DNA of 63,001 nt, filler included, from Barthelona sp. PAP020 (Eukaryota), in the NCBI GenBank assembly GCA_040182905.1. It is 2 parts of 2 records of this genome, joined end to end, with 100 filler letters (N's around TTAATTAATTAA, not from the genome) between each part and the next. Parts side by side here need not be neighbours in the genome. Positions count along the whole stretch, not along the records: positions 31,535 to 63,001 come from JARQWU010000108.1; 1 more part is not named here. The stretch is one strand, 5' to 3'. The translations under genes were made by a program, and so were the position numbers. Every line of letters begins with the position of its first letter. Position 1 is the first letter of the stretch. Below the pieces are notes generated by a model, which was not told the DNA's origin, searched no databases, and saw nothing but the letters and a program-made list of their open reading frames with translations. Of the stretch, positions 55,000 through 63,001 are shown in pieces.

Positions 55000-55200
55000 T
55001 TATTTTTGAATGGATGAATTAATCTCTTCTTGTAAATGTTTGATTGCGGAATCTTGATTAGACAAACGAAAAACATTGCCATGTTTGAGATAAATCTCAC
55101 GATTTTCAGGTAATAATAAAACTTCAGTCATAGCTACTCGAGTTGTTGATTGAAACAACTCATCAGAAGAAATTTGAGGCAAATTGGAAGGATAATTCAT
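55000..55200 (-). CDS. Small prefoldin-beta-like protein (ASDURF-like)
   Basis: EVLLLPENREIYLKHGNVFRLSN = helix, LxxxxxVY..GNVF hairpin, helix, as in beta-prefoldins. Confidence 0.45.
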   Translation of the reverse strand: MNYPSNLPQISSDELFQSTTRVAMTEVLLLPENREIYLKHGNVFRLSNQDSAIKHLQEEINSSIQK

Positions 55201-55289
55201 TGACAAAAGAAAGAAAAAGAATTGGAAATAAAATAAATATCTTCCAATAAATTATTGGATTTTTATTGATTAAAAGACTTAAAAATCTA

Positions 55290-56198
55290 ATGGCAGCTCT
55301 TGATCGATGGATGGAATCAGCATATGACTGCAAATTATTTCCAGAAACAGATTTTCGATTATTATGTCAATACGTCAGTTCACTTTTGCGTGAAGAACCA
55401 TGTGTATTGGACTTAAAATCACCTATTGTAATAGTAGGTGATATTCATGGTCAATTCTATGATTTAAGAAATATGTTTGAAATTGTTGGTTTTCCCCCTC
55501 ACAAACAATATGTATTTTTGGGAGATTACGTGGATAGGGGAAGATATTCCATGGAAACGATCACATTGTTATTAGTCTACAAGGCAAAATATCCAGATAG
55601 AATTCATTTGTTGAGAGGTAATCATGAATCAAGACAAATAACCCAACTGTATGGGTTTTATGAAGAAACTCTAAAAAAATACGGTTCTAGTTTACCATGG
55701 CGTTTATTGATGAATGTTTTTGATTTGTTTCCAATTGCTTGTGTTATTGATAAAAATGTTTTTGGGGTACACGGTGGTTTATCCCCAGAGATATCAATGG
55801 TTGAACAGATACGTACTTTAGAACGAGTTCAAGAAATTCCTTATGATGGTCCTTTTTCTGACCTTGTTTGGAGTGACCCCATGAATATTAAAACATGGGA
55901 AAGGTCTGTCAGAGGAGCTGGTTTTTATTTCGGAAGCGAAATCGTCAGTAAATTTTGTCATCTTAATGACCTCCAATTGATAGTTAGAGCTCATCAAGTT
56001 GCTCAAGATGGGTTTCAAATATGGTTTGACCATGAAAAATTAGTCACTGTATGGTCAGCACCTAATTACACTTATAAACAAGGGAATTTAGCCGCTGTTT
56101 TGGAGATTGATGAATATCAACAACAAAATTACAGGCTTTTTGATGCTGTTCCAGATGAAAAGAGGAAGATTCCTGAAAAACATACATATTTGATGTAA
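55290..56198 (+). CDS. PPP phosphatase catalytic subunit, PP2A/PP4/PP6 group (PP6-like)
   Basis: GDIHGQFYDL, GDYVDRG, LRGNHESRQIT, HGGLSP, LVTVWSAPNY. Confidence 0.93.
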   Translation: MAALDRWMESAYDCKLFPETDFRLLCQYVSSLLREEPCVLDLKSPIVIVGDIHGQFYDLRNMFEIVGFPPHKQYVFLGDYVDRGRYSMETITLLLVYKAKYPDRIHLLRGNHESRQITQLYGFYEETLKKYGSSLPWRLLMNVFDLFPIACVIDKNVFGVHGGLSPEISMVEQIRTLERVQEIPYDGPFSDLVWSDPMNIKTWERSVRGAGFYFGSEIVSKFCHLNDLQLIVRAHQVAQDGFQIWFDHEKLVTVWSAPNYTYKQGNLAAVLEIDEYQQQNYRLFDAVPDEKRKIPEKHTYLM

Positions 56199-56428
56199 AT
56201 TTGTGCTTTTGTTATTATTTTTATTGATATTAAAAAAATGAACTTAATAAATGAACAAAAAATTACGGTTTTTAATGTTTTTACTTCACAAAAATATTCC
56301 CAAATAGACAGAAAAAACTGAATTCTTTGTAGATTTCAGATTTTGACAAAATTCATGAAAAGTCATAAATTCCTGATTTAACTTTTTTTCAAAATATTTG
56401 ATCAAAATCAAGATTTTCATGTGTTTAC

Positions 56429-57292
56429 ATGGGAGCTTTAACTTCAAAGGAAAAAAAAGCTGTCAAAAAAATCAAAGGAAATATTTCCAAATTTGAAATT
56501 GATGAAAAATCCGAAATATCTGATGGAACAGATATTGATAACAAATTATTCAATCCTGAAAATGGAACGTCTGTTTCTTTTCAATGGAAAGATGGTGGAA
56601 AAGATATTTATGTTGCTGGATCTTTTACAAATTGGGATGAAAGTCCAATTCAATTGTTTCCAACTGCTAATGGTATGCATGAAAGAATTTTATATTTACC
56701 ACCTGGTAATTACAAATATAAATTTATTGTTGATAGTGAATGGTGTTTTTCCAAAGATGAACCCCTTATAAAAGATCCTCTCGGAACTATTTTAAATTTT
56801 ATTGAAGTTGTTGTAAAAAAAGAAGCTTCAAAAAAAAACTTGTTTGGAACAGCTGAACCTGAAAACCTTGATCAACTAACCTATGATAATGTTCCCCCTG
56901 TTCCCCATGCGCTTTCTAAACTTATATTAAATGTCACTCAATCGCATCCTGATGATTCTTTGTTACTTCCCATTCCTAATCATGTCAGTTTAAATCACTT
57001 GATGAGCAGGCCGAGACGTATGGATATGGTTGTTTTGGGAATGAATTCTAGGTTTGAAGGGAAATTTGTAACTACCGTTTTGTATCAACCCATGTCAAAT
57101 GTGATAAGAGACAGACGTTTAAAAGAACAAGTCAATAGGAGAAGAAGGAAAAAAATTATTGATGATTTTACCAAACATAAAGGTCATTATCCATCGATTT
57201 CATTAGCAAATGACGATTATGTTCCTTTGGCTCCAAATAAAACTCCTGAATCTGGAGAAAACTTTTTGTTCAACTGTGTATCACAAAGATAA
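56429..57292 (+). CDS. AMPK/SNF1 beta subunit
   Basis: MGxxxS myristoylation site, CBM48 (VAGSFTNW, YKFIVDSEW), PNHVSLNHL, KFVTTVLYQP. Confidence 0.93.
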   Translation: MGALTSKEKKAVKKIKGNISKFEIDEKSEISDGTDIDNKLFNPENGTSVSFQWKDGGKDIYVAGSFTNWDESPIQLFPTANGMHERILYLPPGNYKYKFIVDSEWCFSKDEPLIKDPLGTILNFIEVVVKKEASKKNLFGTAEPENLDQLTYDNVPPVPHALSKLILNVTQSHPDDSLLLPIPNHVSLNHLMSRPRRMDMVVLGMNSRFEGKFVTTVLYQPMSNVIRDRRLKEQVNRRRRKKIIDDFTKHKGHYPSISLANDDYVPLAPNKTPESGENFLFNCVSQR

Positions 57293-57512
57293 AACAATCT
57301 GCAATCTAAAACTAATTTTTAATTAAATTTTAAATTGGATATGTAAATAAATAAGAATTATTTTTTTTTTGGATGCTCTTTTGTTATTTCAAATTCAATG
57401 GGAGAAGAAAAGAAATAAAAAATTTTTTTCTAAATTACAATCTCTACCATTTGAATTGAGTAGAGATTTTTGTGTACAAAAGATAATTACCGACGTAGAT
57501 ACTACGAAAAGT

Positions 57513-59411
57513 ATGCCAAATGTTGAATTTGTTGAATCATCTCCAAGCACACCAAATTTAAATTCATATGATACACCAAATACACCAAATATTAATAAAG
57601 GAAATAATACCCCCAATACACCGATAGATTTACATAAAAGTCCAATATCTCATCATCATGAGAATCAACTAAAAAGAAAACCGACAATAAAACAGACTAC
57701 TTTAAGTCAAACTACTTTAGATTTTCATTTGACTGGAATATCAAAGAAAAATATTAAAAAAAATTTGAACGCTAATAATTCCAAAATCATTGGTATACAA
57801 GTTGATTCATTAACAAAAGATTATGATGATATTAAAGAAGAACTAAAGACGAGCATAAATGCTTTACATTATCAAAAAGAAAATGAAAAAAAATTGGAAA
57901 ATTCTCTGATACATTTGAGCATTGATAATTTTTCTAAAATTCGCATAAAGAAATATCGAGAAATTCAAAACGAATTAGCTTATCAAGAGCTGGTTGGTGT
58001 TGAACCTGAATTTTGGGTAAATGCCTCCAAGGAAATGCGTGATTTAGAAATTGCCAACTTTAATTTACAGCAGACTGTTGGAAAGTTAAAAGAAGTGCGG
58101 AAAAATTACCGAAAGGAATTGAGAAAATCTACGGCAACTACCACACCTTCAACCTCCAATTTAATCAATGAAACGATTATTGATGATGAAACAGAGATGT
58201 TATTCAATCATCAAATAAAATTAACATGTCAGAGCATTACCAAACGTTTGGACCAATTGAAAAAGCAGATCAAACAAAATGAGAATAACCGGGCTCAAAT
58301 TGCTTATAAGATCACGAAGATGAAGATTTTATTCTTGAAATATGAGGAAGAAAAGAAGCATCCAGCGTTTAGCACATCGTTTACTGGATTAAACAAGGAA
58401 GATCTTATTGTTATTCAAAAGGAGTTAATTACACCAATTCAATTACCAAATAAAGCCATTGAATTAACAATGCATGATATTTCAAACCATTTTGTTCAGC
58501 AATTCTGTTCACCTCATTATAGATCTCTCTTGTATGATGCTTATGGAGGTAATTTTTATGTTCTTCATTCATTAATTGGTCAAGGTGGAATGTCTTCAGT
58601 ACTAAAAGCGTTAGATATCAAAACACATCAATATGTTGCATTGAAGATGATTTCCTTGAACGAAAATGAAGGCTCAAGACATCTAATTAACCGTGAGTAT
58701 ATGGCAAATTTAGTGAAACATACCATGAGAGAAAGAGCCATTTTAGCATCGATACGGCATCCAAATATCGTTGAATTTTACGAATTGATTAAATTCGACA
58801 ATAAAAATATCGCTTTCAAGTTAGAATTATGTGAAGGGGGAAGTTTGGCAACAGTTTTGGAAGAAGAAGGATGTTTATGTGAACAAGAGACCATCAGTAT
58901 AGTATTTTCGATTGTTTCTGCTCTATATTATTTACATCACCTTCAAACTCAAATCATACATTTTGATTTGAAACCTCATAATGTTTTATTTAAAGATAAA
59001 GATCGTTTAGTTTGTAAATTGACAGATTTTGGTTTATCTAAAGTCAATAAGAGTGATAATTCGAACATGGAATGGACAAGTTATGGTGCAGGAACTCCAA
59101 AATATCAACCGCCTGAAAGTCATTTATTGAATGCACCCACTTTGAATTCAAAAGTTGACATTTGGGCTTTAGGATGCATTGCATATGAGTGTTTGTTTGG
59201 TAGAAGTGAATTTGAAGACTTAAGCGCACGATTGTTGAATGGTCAGGCAAACATGAACAGTACCAATGAAAGATTTGAATTGACTATTCCAGCTGAACCT
59301 CAAATATCTCCTGAAGCCAGAGCTTTCTTATCCAGATGTCTTGACATGAATTCAGTTACCAGGCCAGATATTGATAGCTTAATCAATCATCCATGGTTTT
59401 ACAACAGATGA
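57513..59411 (+). CDS. TLK: Tousled-like kinase (start uncertain; frame open from 57369)
   Basis: Coiled coils then kinase with KHTMRERAI, IIHFDLKPHNVL, TDFGLSK, TSYGAGT, SKVDIW. Confidence 0.82.
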   Translation: MPNVEFVESSPSTPNLNSYDTPNTPNINKGNNTPNTPIDLHKSPISHHHENQLKRKPTIKQTTLSQTTLDFHLTGISKKNIKKNLNANNSKIIGIQVDSLTKDYDDIKEELKTSINALHYQKENEKKLENSLIHLSIDNFSKIRIKKYREIQNELAYQELVGVEPEFWVNASKEMRDLEIANFNLQQTVGKLKEVRKNYRKELRKSTATTTPSTSNLINETIIDDETEMLFNHQIKLTCQSITKRLDQLKKQIKQNENNRAQIAYKITKMKILFLKYEEEKKHPAFSTSFTGLNKEDLIVIQKELITPIQLPNKAIELTMHDISNHFVQQFCSPHYRSLLYDAYGGNFYVLHSLIGQGGMSSVLKALDIKTHQYVALKMISLNENEGSRHLINREYMANLVKHTMRERAILASIRHPNIVEFYELIKFDNKNIAFKLELCEGGSLATVLEEEGCLCEQETISIVFSIVSALYYLHHLQTQIIHFDLKPHNVLFKDKDRLVCKLTDFGLSKVNKSDNSNMEWTSYGAGTPKYQPPESHLLNAPTLNSKVDIWALGCIAYECLFGRSEFEDLSARLLNGQANMNSTNERFELTIPAEPQISPEARAFLSRCLDMNSVTRPDIDSLINHPWFYNR

Positions 59412-59697
59412 ATATTTTATTCAGAAATTTATAGAGTTTTTGCTTGTATCTATTTGAAAACCATACTCTTAGAAACAGCAATAGAAATATAAACTTGAGG
59501 AAAATATTTATATCAAATAAAAATTTGAAACTTTGCAAGTTTTCAGAGTTTTTGATAATTTTTGTTTTTTTCCTCAGCCCTTGTTGTTATAAAGTTGTAT
59601 TATTTATAATTTTTGTTTTCTTTTTTGTTTGTGGCAAATAAAGAATTAAAAAGATTACCATGGAAAAAAATTGTGAAAGCATTTAAATATTTAAATA

Positions 59698-60480
59698 AAA
59701 TTTGGGTGTGTTAAGCTTCAAAATCGTTCGTAGCAAAGGGTTCGTATTTCATACAAAACACAAAATAAATGTGTTTAAGGTTTCTTCTTGCAATTTCTGA
59801 TATTAATGGATATCAAAATTGAAAGTGAAATAGCAACAAAGAATCAAATGATTCAGGGTAATAAGGATCCAAGTGTGCATAGCAGGTTAGCAAGGAATTA
59901 CAAGGTTTCATCAAGGAAACCCAGAGAAGAACAATCAAAATTTATTGGCAAAAAGGGAAAAGATTATTGACTTTTTTTTAGATAATCGCCCCATCCACAC
60001 CTAAAGTATTTCTTTTTTTTTTTAAGAGTGTTCTGAACCATCCACGCAAAAAGACTCAGTTACAAGTACCCCCAAACTCAAACCGAGAACAATAAAGATC
60101 TTTATAAACATTTATTATAAATTGTCGTGTGAAATGTGTTTTTTATTTTTCTTCTTGTACGAACCTTTTCCAGAACTATCCCAAATTAGAGACTGGGAAA
60201 TCTCAGTTGACTAATTAATAATAAACCTTAATCTTTATTCTTTTCGGGGGGTCCAGCGTTCCTGAAAGGAACCTCTCTTTTTTGAGACCTACTCTTTCAT
60301 AGGCTTTCGTAGGAGAGCTACGCCCTATGCGGGATGTGAAATACTGCATTACTAATTGCTCAAAAGAGCTTAAAGCTCCGATATTTTTGAAAATTTATCC
60401 TAATTGTGCAAGTTTTCATGCATTCACCGTGGCAGGTCAAAAATTTGGGGGTAGGTTAAGGAAAAGTTCCGTACCTCTGG
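59698..60480. ncRNA. Candidate structured non-coding RNA or non-autonomous repeat element
   Basis: No credible ORF; G/C runs, several hairpins and long-range complementary pairs (see findings). Confidence 0.3.
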
Positions 60481-60555
60481 GGAAAAAGGAAGAATCGGAA
60501 AATTTCTCCAAAAATGATAGGCTTGTGAACAACCCTCATTTTTTTTTCAATTACA

Positions 60556-61743
60556 ATGTATGGATTTTCCAATTTAAATATCACAAATACTTCAGTTAGT
60601 CGAAGAATGAGTGATAGAGTGTGTTCTATGGCCTTTTCAAATGATAATGATGAACTATGTGTTGGATTACTTACCAATGAAATTTGTATTCTTAGCTTAA
60701 ATGATATGAGTAGTTACAGACTAGACAGTTTGTCAGGACAAATTTGTGATGTTTGCTATTCGTTGGATGGTCAGTATTTAGCATGTTGTTCAAATGGTTG
60801 TTTTGTTTATATTTTTCACAAAATAAATGAAAGATGGGCAATCTTATCAACACATAGAAATTCAAATGATGTATATGGTATTACATTTTCTTCTTCTCCT
60901 GACGATTATTGTATACAATTTGTTGGAGAAGCAAGAAAATTTTATAGATGGGACTTTTTAAACAGTTTGGCTCCTGAAGAATTGTCATTTAGCGAAAATG
61001 GAAATTGGAGGGTTAAAACCAAAGAAAATCGTTCAGCCATAGGCAGTAGTTCTGGTTATGTGCATATAATAAATCTTGACACATTTACAGTAGAAAGAAG
61101 GAATAAAATACACGAATCAAGGGTTCGAAGTGTGAATTGGGCTAAGTATAATGATTGGTTGTGTACATGTTCATATGATAAGAAAGTTTGCATTTGGGAT
61201 TTGGAAAATGATGACCAAAGGTTTTTAAATTTTCCAAATTGTGTGATTCAGTGTCAGTTTTTCCACCGAGATCAACTTTTTTTGACTTTAACACAGAATC
61301 ATTCAATCGATATATTTGAAACTAAAACATTAAATTTAATTCAAACTATTGATTTGTCTATTGAAAACGACAGCTTTATTAGTTTTGCTCTTTCTAGAGA
61401 TGAGAAATGGTTGAGTGTTGGACGTTGTTGTCCTGAGAAAAACATACAAATTTACTCATTACAGATTGATTTTGCAATAAATGATGATGATTTGGTTAAG
61501 GCTTCCAAGGTTAATGGTTCTATTCTTGCTAATTTAACTTCAGTTTTGAATCTTAATGAAATTCCAATAAATGATGTGCGTTCTTTGATTTCAATGGGGG
61601 CTTGTATGACTTTTGATGAATTTTTGATGGTAGTTGATAATTGTTTTGATTTGAGTCGTCTCAATGAAATAAATGGAGGAAATTTTTCTTCATGGATGGA
61701 TTATTTGGCTGAGAACAACAATAATGATTCTGATGATGATTAA
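60556..61743 (+). CDS. WD40-repeat protein with unrecognised C-terminal domain
   Basis: HESRVRSVNW...LCTCSYDKKVCIWD; tail homologous to 4526..5689. Confidence 0.9.
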   Translation: MYGFSNLNITNTSVSRRMSDRVCSMAFSNDNDELCVGLLTNEICILSLNDMSSYRLDSLSGQICDVCYSLDGQYLACCSNGCFVYIFHKINERWAILSTHRNSNDVYGITFSSSPDDYCIQFVGEARKFYRWDFLNSLAPEELSFSENGNWRVKTKENRSAIGSSSGYVHIINLDTFTVERRNKIHESRVRSVNWAKYNDWLCTCSYDKKVCIWDLENDDQRFLNFPNCVIQCQFFHRDQLFLTLTQNHSIDIFETKTLNLIQTIDLSIENDSFISFALSRDEKWLSVGRCCPEKNIQIYSLQIDFAINDDDLVKASKVNGSILANLTSVLNLNEIPINDVRSLISMGACMTFDEFLMVVDNCFDLSRLNEINGGNFSSWMDYLAENNNNDSDDD

Positions 61744-62207
61744 GATTTGAGATTTTCCCACCCTAATTATATTTTTGGTTTTTTTTTTCTTCTACTGGGA
61801 CATTTAACTGATTAAACATACTTTCTTTATTTATTTAAATGTTTTTATGTTTTTTATACATTTTCAGATGCATTTAGGTGCTCAAAATGTAATATTTATT
61901 TTATTGTTTGAAATTGTTGTATTTATGATGTGAAGAATACCAAAATATTTCATAAATCGTTCAAGAACAAAACAAACAATTACCATGTTGGTTTTATATA
62001 AAAGCTGCCATCTATTAGGTCCAATAGCGTTTTTCAAACATTTGTTATTTTGGTTATTTAAATCTAACAATTGATGTCTGCACTGAACCTTTTTAAAACA
62101 CCCAATATTTTGTGGAAATTATGGGGAAATATCAAATAAATATCAATTTCTTTCTTGGTTAACAATTGTCTCATTTAAGAAGACATAAATAAAAAAGACC
62201 ACACATT

Positions 62208-62672
62208 TTATAAAAAATTTGGATTTAATAATCTTACAATTGCCCATTCATCATTTTCATTCTTTTCCAATGTAACAATAATACAATTTGTAAACTGAAC
62301 AATAGGAAATGAAACATTATTGGTTAGCAAAGAAGAAATTAATTTTTGAAGGAATGGTAAATGGCCAATTATTAAGGTATTGCTTGGTAAAATTGACAAT
62401 TTATCAGAAATAAAATCTTCTACAATATCATTTGGACAAATTCCATCAATTTCTTCAGTTTCAACATTCAAGGACAAACACTCTAACATGTGCATTGCTG
62501 TTTGTGCTGCTCTACGTTTTGTGCTGTACAATACTTTTGAAAATTCATAATTTCTTTCACTACAAACTTGTGCAACTTTTAAAGCAGTTTGTTCGCCAAA
62601 TTTTGACAAATTTTGTTCTTTATCTTCATCTTTTGATAAAGAATCAGCATGTTGCATTAAATGAATTAACAT
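62208..62672 (-). CDS. sixA: SixA-like phosphohistidine phosphatase, bacterial-like
   Basis: LMQHA (RHG-type motif), LS..G, YSTKRRAAQTA, LIIGHLPFL; 154 aa. Confidence 0.82.
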   Translation of the reverse strand: MLIHLMQHADSLSKDEDKEQNLSKFGEQTALKVAQVCSERNYEFSKVLYSTKRRAAQTAMHMLECLSLNVETEEIDGICPNDIVEDFISDKLSILPSNTLIIGHLPFLQKLISSLLTNNVSFPIVQFTNCIIVTLEKNENDEWAIVRLLNPNFL

Positions 62673-62907
62673 TTTGTTGAAAACAATTTGTTATGAAATT
62701 TCCTGTAAAATTGCGAAAGACTGTAGAAAAGAAAAATAATAAAATAAATAAATAATAAATAAAATAAAATAAAATTGTCGTTCTCATTGTTTTTAAAAGG
62801 ATAAAAGAATATAAACCATTCTAACAATTTGGTAAAGATAAAATTGAAGAATAAACAAAATTGGTCAAGTTGTGAAACAACTTTATTTATTTACAAAGAA
62901 AAAGTAA

Positions 62908-63000
62908 TCAGAGAAAACTCATTTCATTAAATCTCAGCCACAGAAAATGAGTGGCTGCAATTGAATCTTGCTCATCAAGTATGAAAATTTTGGTCCAGTT
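62908..63000 (-). CDS. Possible 3' end of a gene entering from the right edge
   Basis: Open frame NWTKIFILDEQDSIAATHFLWLRFNEMSFL* followed by AATAAA. Confidence 0.3.
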   Translation of the reverse strand, partial: NWTKIFILDEQDSIAATHFLWLRFNEMSFL

Positions 63001-63001
63001 G

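Noticed and set aside
60290..60362. Hammerhead, group II intron domain V or U6 snRNA in the structured island
   Set aside because: No CUGANGA core, domain V spacing is wrong, and no ACAGAGA-AGC arrangement
59788..60677. Short ORFs 59788..59970, 60327..60599 and 60456..60677 as genes
   Set aside because: No recognisable motifs, short and overlapping
62733..62775. AATAA-type repeats
   Set aside because: Ordinary low-complexity intergenic sequence
1..63001. Alternative genetic code (TAA/TAG = Gln as in hexamitid diplomonads)
   Set aside because: Conserved genes (RPL8, RPL9, RPSA, RPL23, SEC61G, CCT4) end at the expected position on TAA/TAG
1..63001. CRISPR arrays, tRNA/rRNA genes, transposase or reverse transcriptase ORFs
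   Set aside because: None recognisable by eye on either strand; tRNAscan/Infernal not run

Overview
Very AT-rich, gene-dense eukaryotic nuclear DNA read in the standard code (TAA/TAG/TGA all end genes). About 40 protein genes have short spacers and only a few tiny spliceosomal introns, all near 5' ends. Axonemal genes (PACRG, DNAL4, ODAD2/ARMC4), divergent ribosomal proteins, a strongly eroded alpha-MPP and two bacterial-type genes (VOC/glyoxalase, SixA) suggest an anaerobic flagellate, possibly metamonad-like (inference). An artificial 100-nt N/TTAATTAATTAA/N linker at 31435-31534 joins two contigs, so the halves need not be neighbours. The ORF track misses or mis-starts CCT5, CCT4, SEC61G, RPB8, RPL9, RPL23 and ODAD2. 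Top leads: (1) a 1009-aa tandem threonine dehydratase whose dead N-terminal copy carries an EF-hand insert; (2) a mucolipin whose TAA is followed in frame by 98 more coding-like codons; (3) an ~800-nt non-coding, hairpin-rich segment with crossing long-range complementarities; (4) a relic alpha-MPP; (5) two WD40 proteins sharing an unrecognised C-terminal domain. All calls come from motif recognition; no searches were run.
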